A stretch of 64,000 nucleotides of DNA from the human T2T-CHM13v2.0 reference genome, Homo sapiens: assembly GCA_009914755.4 (NCBI GenBank), contig CP068257.2, positions 13,984,001 to 14,048,000 on the forward strand, written 5' to 3'. Positions 1-14,422 of the stretch are shown here, one piece after another (position 1 is the first letter of the stretch; the number at the start of each line of letters is the position of its first letter). The position numbers were made by a program, and so were the translations under genes. The notes beneath the pieces were generated by a model that had not been told where the DNA came from, searched no databases, and worked only from the letters and a program-made list of their open reading frames with translations.

Positions 1-692
1 TTCTAAAGCTTTTTTTTAACTTTGTATTTTAAAGTGTTTTTTTTTTAACTTTAACTTTTCAATTCATCTGAATTTTCCATTGAGAGAGGTGCAGATCCAC
101 ACTGTTTTAACATCTCTCTCTTCTACCTTGGAACATCTTGACCTCCAAGTCTACTATCAAATGCATTGTTTCCACAAGAGCTCACAATTAGCTCCTGGCT
201 TATTTCAGCTGATAATGATGTCAACTTTTTGAGCTTTCATTTTTTTAACAGGATATTAGAAAACCAAAATCCTTTCAGACCTAAAAGACTGGGCATTTAA
301 CAAGGAATGTATTTAGATTACAAAAGATAATTAAATATCTCCATATTTTTGGAATGGAGCGTCTACCTAGAAATCCTAAAATCTTACTGGCTAGATCTCA
401 GCCAACTTGTAAACAAGTGATTTTTTTTTTTCTCACATGGACTTTCTGAAAATACATATTTTAAAATCTCCTACATATAAAATGTTAGCATATTTGGAGC
501 CTACTCACAATCTTAACTGATGTCAAACATTAGATATTTGTAAATGTCAAAGGCCCTATAGGTGGCCCACCGAAGTAGAAAGTGGGGCAACCTGTTTTGC
601 TTGTTTTAATGCATTCTTGAAATCCACCACTTTGGTTAAGATCTATAGATAGCCTGTTGGTTGGAAGTACTGGGTTATTTCTAGTTTCCTCA

Positions 693-694
<2 letters not shown>

Positions 695-727
<33 letters not shown>
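695..727. repeat. (GT)n dinucleotide microsatellite, about 16 units
   Basis: Uninterrupted gtgtgt... run read directly in the sequence. Confidence 0.95.
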
Positions 728-728
<1 letters not shown>

Positions 729-1051
729 TGAGGAAGCTATCCAACTTTATTCATTGGATCAGGTATTTGATTCTGGTCTGTTTACTTATAACCAAAGCAC
801 TACGCAGTAAACTTAAACTATCACAGGATCTTTGAATTTGACTCTTCCTGAAAATCTGGAGTTTTTACAGTGGGGTAGAGTTTCAGAATATTTCCATTCA
901 TCTCTTATATGTATATAACACACGACTAGAAACTGAAGTGACTATAGAACAAATTAATTTGAATACTATCCAGCCTTGGAGGAAAATTTCTAAATATTTG
1001 TATGTAGTAGGTCTAAGAAGTATGAATAATGGCAATGAGAAAAACCTTTCA

Positions 1052-1366
<315 letters not shown>

Positions 1367-1649
1367 TTAGTTCTTTTACCTAACTTAATACTTAAGACTT
1401 CAGATTAAACAGTAATTTTATTTGAAAATGCAGGTAGAAATCAAATGGAAAAAAAATTACCAAAATAAGAAAACCTGTCCATACTTAGATGAAACTGTGC
1501 GCCAATTCTGCAGTATGCCTGGGTGACAGAGTACACAATCATTATGCATTTAAATTCATCTAGTCTGTATGGAAAATCGCCCTGAGTATAACTGACTATA
1601 ACTATAACCTTGACCAATTCAACTGAATGCCATTTTGTTAAATAAAATA

Positions 1650-2870
<1,221 letters not shown>

Positions 2871-3904
2871 GAAATATTAGAGGCTTTTAAATGCCTGTGT
2901 TTCCATGGAGACCTGGTTGTTTATCTTGATGACTCATGTAGAAAACTGTTTGGCATACAGTATTCCTGTTTTATAGAGTGAAATGGTAACGTTTGTGCTA
3001 TTTCTGCTCCTTCCAAAATATAAATGGATTTTACAATTACTCAGGAATTACAAATTACTGAAATCATCTGAGAAGGCATCTGTGAGCAGGTTTGAGTTTC
3101 ACAGTCTGAAAATGCCTATCATAGTCAACTATCTCATGACTAGTAATTATAGTTTTAGTCTTCAAAATGTTTACTTCTACTTCAAAACTTTTCCATGCAA
3201 TGTGGGAATTTCACACAGTCATGAAATGTCTTTATTACATGTTTCCAAGAGCTTGTTCCATGCCCAATATGATGATTCTCTTAAAATCATTATAAACAGA
3301 TTTTTCTCATTAAAATTACATATTCTTTGTTACAAAGACTGAAATCAAGCAAATATCGAAGATGACCCCCAGATATTTGGGTATTGTTAAAAGCAGAATT
3401 AGAACATGGTTATCTTTGTCCATTTTCTACTAATAGTAATGATAGCCACTATTTGTTGTGTACTTATGTGGGTACATGCACATTTATACTGTCTAACATT
3501 TTTATTCCTATATACAATAATTTATCAAGTCAGATTATGAGTATTTCAACTTACAGGATTCATTCTGTGATGATGTTCACATGTTCACAGCCTCTGGAGT
3601 AAATTTCCTCTGTATTTAAAACCCATCTCTATTTCCAGGCAATCAAATAGATCAAATTAGCACATGACTCTGGAGAGAAAATTATCCATGAATGTGGTGT
3701 TCCTGGTAACAGAGAGTTTTCTGTTACTTTGCTCTTAAAAAAAAAAATGGAAAAGTCTCTCGACTTCTTGGTTTGAGAGCTGCTAGTGCAGTGTACATGT
3801 ATAACAAAATAAGGTAAATGTTCTACTCTAAGGAAGGCCAAAAAGAGCTGGAAATGTGTATTATATGTTCAAATTAAGAAGTCAAGGAAGAGGGTGAATA
3901 ATCC

Positions 3905-3955
3905 AATCATTATGCTGAGTGAATAAATCATCATAAAATATAAATACTGTAGTAT
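3905..3955 (+). mobile_element. Short L1 3'UTR fragment, near-duplicate of 2388-2435
   Basis: cattatgctgagtgaataaatcatcataaaatataaatactgta against gctgagtgaataaatcatcataaaagtataaatactgta at about 2390. Confidence 0.4.
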
Positions 3956-4831
3956 AAAGTATAAATCCAGACCAAATCACCAGTTTGGTCCGGGTACTTC
4001 TCCTTTCTTGTTACTCTGGGGGGTGAGTCTTTGGGTAATTGTTGCTGTTGTCTAACATTTCTCATTGCCCTTTGACTTCAGAATGCTATAGAGTTGCTGT
4101 CTGTGTAACAAGTCTAGTTTAACATTGGAAATATGTGTTCTTCATTTTGGTTTTATACAATCTCTGCAATCTTATCACTGATGCATATTTTTACAAGAAT
4201 GTAAATGGCTCTGAGCAATGTTCAGGATACTCAGAGTGTCTTGACACACATAGAGGTTTTTAAGTACAGAGCATTGGTGATATGCACTTGGCATATCAAA
4301 AACTCAGGAAATCACCAAATGGGATTCTCAAGGACAATTACCAATACTGACTCCTTCACCTCCCCTGAAAACACCTAACTACTTATGGGGTGTGTGTTAC
4401 TTAAATGATGGGAAAAGAAACAATCTAGAAGGGAGTCATTAAAGAAGTTGAATGGTGAGGAGGACCTTGGCCTAGTTGAGATTTACAGAAACTTACTTCT
4501 TTGAGATGAGCTTAAAATATAGAACCCCATGTTGCCACAATGCTGGCATGTCTCATGGGATCATAGTCTCCTTAGCCAAGATTGGCCTTTGTTTTCACAG
4601 AACAGTTATGACTACCCTAGGGGGAAGACAATAATACTGGTAATAAAACTGATTAAATTATATGAACAAAAGAAACCTGCTTTAGAAATATACTTATTTT
4701 AACATGTTTTAAATGGTATGCTTCTTGTAAAATATTCTAACATTAAGCTTTTTGTTTTTTCTTCAGTACACATCCATAGATACCACAACAAAAGTTATTA
4801 CAGTAGGGCTGAGTTTCCATGTTTTGGAGTT

Positions 4832-5203
4832 TGTATTATTCCATTCTCACACTGCTATAAATAACCACCTGAGACTGGGTAATCTATGAGGAAAAGAGAA
4901 TTAATTGACTCACAGTTCCATAGGCTGTACAGGAAGCATGGCTGGGAGGCCTCAGGAAACTTACAATTTTGGCAGAAGGGTGAAGGGGAAGCAAGCATGT
5001 CTTAACATGGTGGCAGGAGAGAGAGCTAAGGGGGAAGTGCCACACACTTTTAAACCATCAAATCTCATAAGAACTCAGTCACTATCACGTGAACAGCAAG
5101 GGGGAAATCCGAGCCCATGATCCAATCCCCAAGTCTCTCTGCCAACATTGGGAATTACATTTAACATGAGATTTGGGTGGAGACACAGAGCTAAACCATG
5201 TCA
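4832..5203 (-). mobile_element. ERVL-MaLR LTR, THE1/MST-like
   Basis: The plus strand reads as the reverse complement of THE1-type LTRs as I recall them: tgtatta..ccattctcacactgctataaa..gagactgggtaat..aattgactcacagttcc..ggaggcctcaggaaacttacaat..ggcagaagg..., ending ...catgagatttgggtggagacacagagctaaaccatgtca. Flanks gagtt and cagtt give a 4/5 possible 5-bp TSD. Confidence 0.7.
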
Positions 5204-5380
5204 CAGTTCTTATTCAATTCAGAATCATATGGACCTTTAAAATCCTTAAGCCCAATTTCACACTCAGTGTGGAAATGCCTTCTAAAGCATACTCTACAAA
5301 TGTGATGGCAACTTGGCTTGAATATTCACAAAGATAGAGCATGAAAACACATGGTAAATAAGCAAAATGTATAGTCATTG

Positions 5381-5890
5381 TCAGCCGACATGTTTTTTCT
5401 TGTTATACTGATCTATCTGAGGTAGAGGTCCCTGAATTTTAGTCAGATTTATTTCCCATCCTCTGGCTTGCAAATGTCTCACCAATAAGTCCAGTGTGTT
5501 TGCTGCTTCTTGTTCACTGGATCCAATCAGCATAATGTCATCAATGTAATGGACCAGTGTGATATCTCGGGAAAGCAAAAAGCGATCAAGTTCTCTCTGA
5601 ATAAAATTATGACACATAGTTGGAGAGGTGATATACCCCTGGGGTAGGACAGTAATGATATATTGCTAACCTTGCCTGCTGAAGGCAAATTGCTTCTGAT
5701 GGGCCTTATGGACAGGAAAGGAGAAAAAGGTATTTTCCAAGTCAATGACTGCATACGAGCTTCCAGGAGATGTGTTAATTTGCTCAAGCAATGAAACCAC
5801 ATCTGGTACAGCAGCTGCAATTGGAGTCACCACTTGGATAAACTTATGATAATCCACTGTCATTCTCCAAGACTCATCTGTCTTCTGCAC
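5381..5890 (-). pseudogene. Retroviral pol reverse-transcriptase fragment (frameshifted)
   Basis: Track ORFs 5666-5890 (..[29 protein letters not shown]) and 5381-5617 (..ITLVHYIDDIMLIGSSEQEAANTLDLLVRHLQARGWEINLTKIQGP). The intervening frame reads LPQGYITSPTMCHNFIQ. These are the LDLxxAFF, FAF, LPQG and YxDD RT motifs, with an overall MLV-like layout. Confidence 0.8.
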
Positions 5891-6080
5891 AGGCTAAATG
5901 GGATAGTTGAATGGGGATGTGGTGGGAATCACCACCCCTGCCTCTTTCAAGTCCTTGATGGTGGCACCAAACTCCACAATCCCTCCAGGGATGCAATATT
6001 GTTTTTAATTTACTATTTTTCTAGGTAGAGACAGCTCTAATAGCTTCCATTTGGCCTTTCCCACCATAATAACCCTCACA

Positions 6081-6458
6081 CTACCAGTCAGGGAGCCAAT
6101 GTGGGGGTTCTGCCAGACAGCTGCTAAGTATGTCTATGCCAATTACACATTCTGGCACTGGGGAAATGACCACAGGATGAGTCCCGGGACCCACTGTAAG
6201 TCGGAACTGAGCCAAAACTCCGTTAATTACCTGACCTCCATAAGCCCCTACTTTAACTAGAGGACCACAGTGATGCTTGAGGTCCCCTGGAATCAACTTC
6301 AGCTCAGAGCCAGTGTCCAGTAGTCCCCGAAATGTCTGATCATTTCCCTTTCCCCAGCGCACAGTTACCCTGGTAAAAGGCCAAATGTCTCCCTGGGGAA
6401 GGATGGGAGAAAGCTTCACTGCATAAATTGTCAGTAGTGTAGTGGGGTCCTTCCTCAA
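6081..6458 (-). pseudogene. Retroviral aspartic protease remnant
   Basis: Track ORF 6081-6458 (-) contains LLDTGSELKLIPG...GAYGG...IGIDIL, the typical retropepsin active-site and flap layout. Confidence 0.75.
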
Positions 6459-7113
6459 GAGGACCCAGCTTCCCCTTCATTCAACGGGTTCTGGGTCTGT
6501 AAACTGGCTCAAGTCTGGAAATTGATTGAGGGGCCGTGATTCTCTGTTTTTATAATTCAAATTAGTCTTTTGTCCATTAGGCCTAGAATTTTTCTGTTTG
6601 GATAATTTAAGTAGGGATGCAGTAGGCTTCTTATGACTTTCACCTCTAGGAACACCATGATTAATTAGCCAATGCCAGAGCTCTAAATGAGTCAGACTAT
6701 TCTGATTGCCGCTTTGCCTCTGCTATCCATTATGGTAGCTACGCCCACCTTGGCTTTGATGGCTGAGTGCTGCCACTTGGCCCCTGCCACCTCGGGATCC
6801 AATTATTCCCTGTCTATTTAAATTTTTTAGTTAAGTGACTGCAGTTCCCACTGTTAGACCTGACATACAGAGAAGAGCAATTACAGGGCTCTTCGAAGAT
6901 GCAGGTGCTGCCTTCACAAATCTATTTCACAAGGTATTAGTCAAGGGTATATCTTCTGGACCCTCCCAGCTGGGATGTGTAGGTCTAAAGTGACTAATCC
7001 ACTCCACCATCCCAATCTCCCTAAGCCTTTGGATCCCTTCCTTGACATTAAACCAAGGGAGATCAGGCATTTCCAGCTCATCCACAGTGGGCCATTTTTA
7101 ACCCATATTTCAT

Positions 7114-8021
7114 CTAACCAAGCAAACTATTAGAACCTTTTTTAACTCCCTGAGCTGCAACATTAAATTCACAGTCTTTACTTAGTGGGCCCAAATCATT
7201 AATCTCAGCCTGATGCAACTCTATGTTCCTTCCACCATTATCCCATACCCTTAACATCCATTCCCATGACTGTTTTCCAGATTGCTGTTTATATAAATTA
7301 GAGAACGCAAACAGTTCTTTTGGAGTGTAGCGCACCTCCTCATGGGTCACACTCTGAACCTCCCCTCTAGGGGCCCATAGGGACTTTAGTGTAGTTACAG
7401 GTCTAAAAGCAAACAGAGGTGTTGAGGGTGGCTCTGAGGAGAGTCAACATTATCTTGCCTGGCAGCTGCCTCCGGGGAGGCCATCACTGTTGCCTCGGGT
7501 AGTGTGGGGTTTATCTCCTCAGACAAAGGTGGAAAGGCTGATGGCAGCCCGGGTTGCGGAGGGGATGTTGCCACTACTGGGGATGGGGAAGTTCTTCCTT
7601 CTGGCAAAAAAGTTTCATCAGAGTTTACAGACTCAGTGTCCCCGGCTTTATCAGGGTCCTCTCACAAGATCCCATTTGAAGTTGCAGAGTTCCATTCTTT
7701 TCCAATCAATGCCCTCACTTTAACAGTAGGCACCTGGCGAGGCTGTGCGTGCATCTTTCATTGCAGGTCAGCCACTTGCATGATAAGAGCTTGTGTCTGT
7801 TTTTCCACAATTTCAACTCTTTCTCTACAGGACATAAGACTCTCACTCAGGGCAATCTTAGCATACTTGTGGCTCAGTATCTGCTTCTGAAGCCGGGAGA
7901 CAGAATCCCTGAGTTCAACATTTTCTTTCATCACTTTGTCCACTGAACAGGAGCAACCAACCAGCTTCATTATGTTCTTTGGTTCTCCACATATGGCCAA
8001 AGGAATTATGTATAAAGTCAC
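7114..8021 (-). pseudogene. gag-like remnant (coiled-coil N-terminal part, proline-rich linker, capsid-like segment)
   Basis: Minus-strand ORF pieces at 7758-8021, 7395-7607 (PSPVVATSPPQPGLPSAFPPL, proline-rich) and 7114-7350. Assigned as gag from position upstream of protease and RT. No specific gag motif identified. Confidence 0.45.
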
Positions 8022-8258
8022 TAAACCCCTTGCCTCTCATGAGCAGTGAATCAGGAGTCTCAAATGCATTTATTTTGCATAACTCTTTAAACAGTTTTCA
8101 ACAAGGACTATCAGTTTTCTCCATACTATTAGAAGTAGAGTCCCTGGCATCTTTAGGTCTAATCATATTAAGCAGCCAATTTCAGAATCCCCAAAACCAA
8201 TGAAAGAACAACATCCTTAATATTCTGTTCCTCTAGAACCACTCCTGGTACCGAAAAC

Positions 8259-8722
8259 TGTATTAGTCAGGGTTCTCTAAGAGGGATAGAACTAATAGGA
8301 TATATATATATCCTACTAAATAAACACACACATATATATATATATATGTTTATTAAGTATTAACTTACACGATCACAAGGTCCCACAATAGGCTGTCTAC
8401 AAGCTGTTGAGCGAGGAGAGCCAGTCTGAATCCCAAAACTGAAGAACTTGGAGTCTGCTCTTCAAGGCCAAGAAGCATCCAGCACAGGAGAAAGATGTAG
8501 GCTGGGAAGCTAGGCTGTCTCTTGTTTTCACATTTTTCTGCCTGCTTTATATTCACTGCCAGCTGATTAGTTTGTGCCCACCAGATTAAGGGTGGGTCTG
8601 CCTTCCACAGCCCACTGACTCAAATGTTAATCTCTTTTGGCAACACTCACACAGACACACCCAGAATTAATGCTTTGTATCCTTCAATCCAATCAAGTTG
8701 ACACTCAGTATTAACCATCACA
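8259..8722. mobile_element. LTR-like interspersed repeat, family C (tgtattagtcagggttctc...ttaaccatcaca); probably an ERVL-MaLR-type LTR
   Basis: Starts TG and ends CA. A second copy at 50151-50617 shares blocks: aaggaattgg..gattgtgg.ggctggcaagtc.., gttaattgaatgatgcccaatcacattactgagagtaac / cagattaagggtgggtctgcc, caagttgacac..taaccatcaca. It contains an internal (AT)n/(CA) microsatellite at about 8290-8350. Confidence 0.55.
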
Positions 8723-10079
8723 AGCATTTAATATAAACCTAATAAGTTATTTCTAACAGCTTTATTGAGATATAATTTACATACCATAAAATTTACCCTT
8801 TTAAAGTATACAGTTCAGTGGTTTTAATAATTCACAAAGTGGTACAACCATCATCACAATTTAGTTTTAGAACATTTTCATCACTCCAACATAAATAATT
8901 TTTTAGTTCTTTTTGCTTTCACCTTTAGGAATTCTGTATTTCTGGATAATTATAAAAGGCACTTTATTAATTTGGCAATGACTGGGTCAAATCTAAAATG
9001 AAGAAAAAAATGCTGTAAAGTTAGACAGCTATCATAAAGGAGATAATAAGTAATTGTTTTATTTGTTGTCTTTAAACATGTAAAGGCTTCTGGGAAGAAT
9101 CCTTAAATATTAATTTTTAGTAATGGAAATTCTGGAAATTAAAATATATCAAACATCAAATGTTATTAAAAATTTTAAATCAACAAAAGTCTGCATTTGT
9201 AAGTCAAATTTCTACCTAAGATTACAAAGGCTTTGGTTATAGATCCCCTTAAAAGGATTTGGATGATTCTAAGAAGAAAACAAAATTACTTAGATGTAAT
9301 CCTAGCTTTTGGCTCTGTCAATGCAGAAGACATTTCATCATGTGATTACACAGCAATAGGGTGTTTTTATAGTACCTATTCTTATAGAAAATGTTCTTTG
9401 AGGTTCTGTGCACACTGGTAAAGACAGGATAGTTGCCATATTTCAGCACCTAACCAGAACAAAAGATGTGCATTCATTTTACATTCACAAGTCTTATTAA
9501 TTTTTACAAATTTGCATGACTTATTTTAAATTTGTACTGCGTGAGTTGGAGAAATTCTCAATGATCAAGTTATCTGAGAGCATTAGTCATTCTTTAACAT
9601 GATTATTGCTGCACTGGGTTAAGTCGTATTTGATAATTTTCTTCTAAATGTGACTTAGTGGGCTTACCAAACCAACATTAAAAAAGCTTTTCAACTATTT
9701 AGTCACTTACATTTTCTGCTATTAAAAAATGTTTCTGATTTTTGAGTGTTTGCCTCCCAAAAAACACTTTAGAAGTTTTTTCAGAAACACAACTTAATGG
9801 GTTAATCCTGCTACCAAAACAGACTCTCTTGGGATTCACAGGCTGAGAATCCAAACTTTTACCAAACATGATTTCTTATAAAGACGTCTTATAGCTTACT
9901 GAGAGAAACCATTTGGGGAACACTGCAAAAATACAGTGTAGTAGAATCTGGGGAGCAACTTTGTTCAGAATTTTGGGCTATGGTATTTCAGGAATTTAAA
10001 AAAAAACAAAGCATTAGAATAAAAGTCTAAATGGACTCCCTCTTTGGCCAGGGCACTCTAAAATGTAACCTGAAAGACT

Positions 10080-10600
10080 GGTTCAGGCCATGATGAGAAG
10101 TGGGGTTCAGACATGCCTCATCATACCCTTCCAGCAGTAACATCAATGCCTACCTTAAGTCTGATAAGAAACATTTACAATTCTCTCTAAAGCCTGCTAC
10201 TTGGAGGCTTCATCTTTAGGATAAAACCTTGGTGTCTTCAACCCCTAATCATAGCAAAGACATCTCTTTCTACTGATAATAACTCTTTCAACCAATTGCC
10301 AATCAGAATATATTTATATCTACCTATGACCTGGAAGCCCCCTGCTTCAAGTTGTCCTGTCCTTTCAGATCAAACCAATGTAAATCTTACCTGTATTGAC
10401 GGATGTGTTATGTCTCCGTACAATGTATAAAACCAAGCAGTATCCCGACCACCTTGGGCACATGTCCACATGTCGTCAGGACCTCCTGAGACGGTCATAG
10501 GCACCTCCTTAACCTTGGCAAAATAAACTTTCTGAAGTGTGTGAGATCTGTCTCAGATACTTTGGGTTCACAACAGGGAATAAAGAGTACGGCAGGAGCC
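10080..10600 (+). mobile_element. Possible solo LTR carrying promoter and polyadenylation motifs
   Basis: Ordered on the plus strand: ccaatcag (CCAAT-like, about 10288), tgtataaaacc (TATA-like, about 10424), aaaataaac (poly-A signal, about 10522), then a ct..ca end. Call rests on general LTR architecture only. Confidence 0.35.
10288..10530 (+). promoter_or_regulatory. LTR-type promoter module: CCAAT box, TATA box, AATAAA signal
   Basis: Motifs read directly: ccaatcagaatata, caatgtataaaaccaagc, ttggcaaaataaactttc. Confidence 0.3.
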
Positions 10601-11704
10601 CATCCAGTACCCTAAAATACTTACTTTAAACATCAGTTTTTTCCACAATGTTTACTAGAAGGCTAGGGGCCTAGCCTTAATCCTGGTGCTTGCCATGTTT
10701 GTCGTTTTGGAGGGAATGTTGTGCAACACCTTACTCACCCAGGAATTGTACCTGTTGACTCCCTTCAATGTTTGAGGCCCAGCCAGCACTCTGTCTACAG
10801 GAGCTAAACAGCACAGCTGGTTCCTCTGGCAGCGTGACTGGAATTCTTTCTCAGCTTTTATGTTCACACAGAAATGTTATCTTAATCTCAACTGACAAGT
10901 GTGTTCTTAAAACAAAACTCAAAGGTAGAAGGCTAGAGGAATGCTTCAGGGAGCTCCAAAATGAACAAAATGAATAGATCTGCACAGCAATTACATTTAG
11001 AAACCGAAACTTTTAATCCACAATTTAGACAGTAGCTGCAAAAGACAATTTGTTCCTTTCTGTTTTGGAGTGAAGATTATAATACATCATAATAGTGGTT
11101 TTTCACATTAAGTAATGTTTTTGCATTTCTGTAAAAAGTGCCTTAATGCCAAAACAAAAGGAAAATTAGTCATTAGTGGAAAAAAATAAATCCATAGTAG
11201 TGGTAATAAGTCATTTATTCCTCCATCCAGCAGTTACTGAACACCTATTGTATGCCAGATTTTTATCTAGGCAAAGAAAGAGTGAAAGATAATTCTCATA
11301 AAGGCCCTAAAAACAGGGAATCTTGGGGTATTCTGAAAACCTTGAACTAGGGCGCACTTCCGAACAAAGAAGGGGTGTGAGGGAGGACTTCTCAGAGGAG
11401 CTGAATACTTGTAAATAGATAATATGGAGATTTTAGAAATTGAAATTCGAAACATTCTAAAGCAGTGTCAGAAAATGTTCTATGTAAATTTAGCTGTTAT
11501 TATTATGTTATGAAAATCTTTGTGTGTCCTAAGCATACATAACATAGGCATACATAAGAAACAGATTTAAATCCGTTTCAGATAATCCATTGTCCATCAA
11601 GCATAATTATTGATCTTCACATGGTTCAGACACAATGCTGAAAATTGGAATTAGGAAAGATAATTTTTCCAGGAGTCCCTGAGGCAAGCAGTCTTGTATC
11701 CTAA

Positions 11705-12056
<352 letters not shown>

Positions 12057-12117
12057 TAATCATCAAAATTATAGGAAGAATAATTTGTTTTATTCTCTAA
12101 AGTCTCTAGAACATTTT

Positions 12118-12300
12118 TGTTCTCTTCCTCCCTCCCTCTCTCCTTCCCTCCCTCCTTCTCTCCCTTCCTTCCTCCTTCCCTCCCTCCGTCCATCCTTCCT
12201 TCCTTCCTTCCATCCTTCCTTCCTTCCTTCCTTCCTTCCTTCCTTCCATCCTTCTTTCCTTCCTTCCTTCCTTCCTTCCTTCTCTCTCTTTCACTCTTTC
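12118..12300. repeat. (TTCC)n/(CTCC)n polypyrimidine microsatellite, about 180 bp
   Basis: ccttccttccttccttcc... read directly. On the other strand it is polypurine (GGAA)n. Confidence 0.95.
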
Positions 12301-14422
12301 CTTTTCAATCTCATGTCTCCAAGAAAAACAAACTTGGCACAATTATTAGGAGTCACTCTTTCATGGTGAGTATAAGTTTCATGACATTTCAGAGGAAGTA
12401 CAGTCAGCCATTTCCGTGGTGATTGAGGAGGTTTGAAGATTATGGACTAATACGCAGGAAGTTATCTATAGATTGCACTGGAAGGAACCTGAGGAATTAG
12501 AGCTCAGATTGGGAAGGAGATAGGTTATGTTTTCAGCACTTTTATGCGCCTTTTATCCTTTCTTATAGGAAGGCTGCAGATAATAACTAACAAATGACTA
12601 ATAATACTACCTATGACTGTTTGATTCCCATTCTCTGTAATTCTGTCCTTATGAGACTGCCAGAGTGAGGACAAATTTTAGGCCACAGACTGAGAGAAAA
12701 CAATAATCAATAAGAATTTCAGGTGTGGCGAGAAGGGAACATGCCATGGTCTTCAAAGCAATGATCAGAACACATTGTCTTTCCAGTTTGGGGGTGGGAA
12801 GAGAAAAAGGAGTAAGACTGTAGCAGAACTGCTTAAACAGAGCTCAATATTCTACAGAGTCAACAAGCACCCCTCTCATTCACTACATACAGATATTAAG
12901 AACGCTGATTAAAAGTGGGAGAGCTACTGCTTAAGTACAATATGTGGAATGTTGAGCTCTGTTTAAGTGTTTCTGACAGCATGCCTCTTTTTGACAAATA
13001 CCAGTTAAAATATGAAATACGAGTTTCTTGGAACAGAACGCAGAATCTCTTGGGGAACTGAGAGAAGCCAAGTTGACCATTTAATAATCATCAGGTTCTT
13101 TTGGCAAATATTGAGAGCTCCCAGCAATTAGAGGTAGGCAAGTAGGCGTTGGATGGCAATCCTCTCCCATGTAACCGTGCTACCCCATGGTATGTCAATA
13201 ATGAAAACAAGTTATATAACAGATTAAGATTGTCTAAAATGTATTAACAAGAAGCAAAAATAGTCACATCAACTGCTCTTGTAAGCTTAGAATACTAAGG
13301 CTGTTCAGACATTCTGAAAGCAGGATAAGCCAACCTTCTAGTTTGGGTCAAGCAACATTGTCATCTCTGAAATGAAAGTGTGTGGCCAAATGGAGATGTG
13401 AACCTACCATGCTGCTCCAGAGATATTAGTTTCTGCCGGATTTGCATATCTTTACATCGAGTTCATACATGGGTGTTGGTGCCTGTACACTCATTCTATC
13501 CAGTCATGTAACTCAAGCACAGCTCATTTTACTAATGTTTGTATGCTAATTAAAAACTCTTAGGTATAGATTCCTATAATAATATTTAAAGTTATTATGT
13601 AGCTACTTCTGAAGTGTGAATACCTGAGTAGGGTACTTCAGATGTTCAATACTCCCTTAGAACAGTGAATATAGTAAGCACTCAAATGTTACTTACTACT
13701 TTTCTTGTACTTATCTTGGTTGTCATCTTCATTAGTATGTGACATGCTCTGCTATTTCTCTACATGTCTAACTTACTCACTAAGCTAGTGCTTTTCAAGC
13801 CCATTAGTGGGTTATAAAATCAATTCAACAGTTTCTACATAGCATTTTTAAATGAACTAGGCCAGAAAAGAATAGCAAATATTAAAGTGTATCAAGTTTT
13901 TGGTTCAGGCTTATAAAGGTATATATACTGAGTTACAACGTAAAATATGTTTCCTACTGTGGCTCATGGTCAAAAAGAACAAACAGAAAAATGCTATACT
14001 AGGTTGTATACTTCAAAGAGATCTTCCCTTATTTATGTTGCTAACCCCAGTGTTTAGTATATGTTTAGCTGGTCAGTAAATGTTTGAATATGAGTAACTT
14101 GTTTTTTCTGCTAAGACGAATTTCACTGTAAGATGAGACTGGCATTTAAACCTTTTGGAGAATCTGAAACCAAATATGTGTAATTGATATTTGTAGAACC
14201 AATGCATAGAAATGTTCTCTGTTGCTCTGTTTTGAAGAAAACTGTAATTATAGACAATCTCTCCTGGAAATCTTTATAGTTTTGTGTCTCAGTGTTCTGC
14301 ATTTTAAAACCCAGAAATTGCTTATTCTGGCGAAATGTATTCCAGTGCCCTTTGTATCAGTTGCCTGTTGTTGCTGTGCAAATTGCCACAAGTGTTGTTG
14401 CTTAAAACAACATGTTTACTAT

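Larger units (their letters stand above)
5380..8210 (-). mobile_element. Endogenous retrovirus internal region with gag, pro and pol-RT remnants; degenerate, no cognate LTR pair visible
   Basis: Minus-strand ORF fragments in retroviral order: gag-like 8021-7114, aspartic protease 6458-6081, reverse transcriptase 5890-5381. All are interrupted by stops and frameshifts. Confidence 0.8.

Noticed and set aside
8237-8260. tRNA-Phe-like primer-binding-site motif tggtaccgaaaac immediately left of the LTR-like element at 8259
   Set aside because: Only about 11/13 identity to the tRNA-Phe 3' end. It lies on the wrong side of, and in the wrong orientation relative to, both the neighbouring LTR-like element and the minus-strand gag-pro-pol. 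It cannot be the PBS of this provirus, so I treat it as chance similarity.
12085-12422. Mirror-image ORFs encoding poly(Ser-Leu-Pro-Phe) on + and poly(Gly-Arg-Lys-Glu) on -
   Set aside because: Pure translation of the (TTCC)n microsatellite in three frames on two strands. There is no start or stop context and no complexity.
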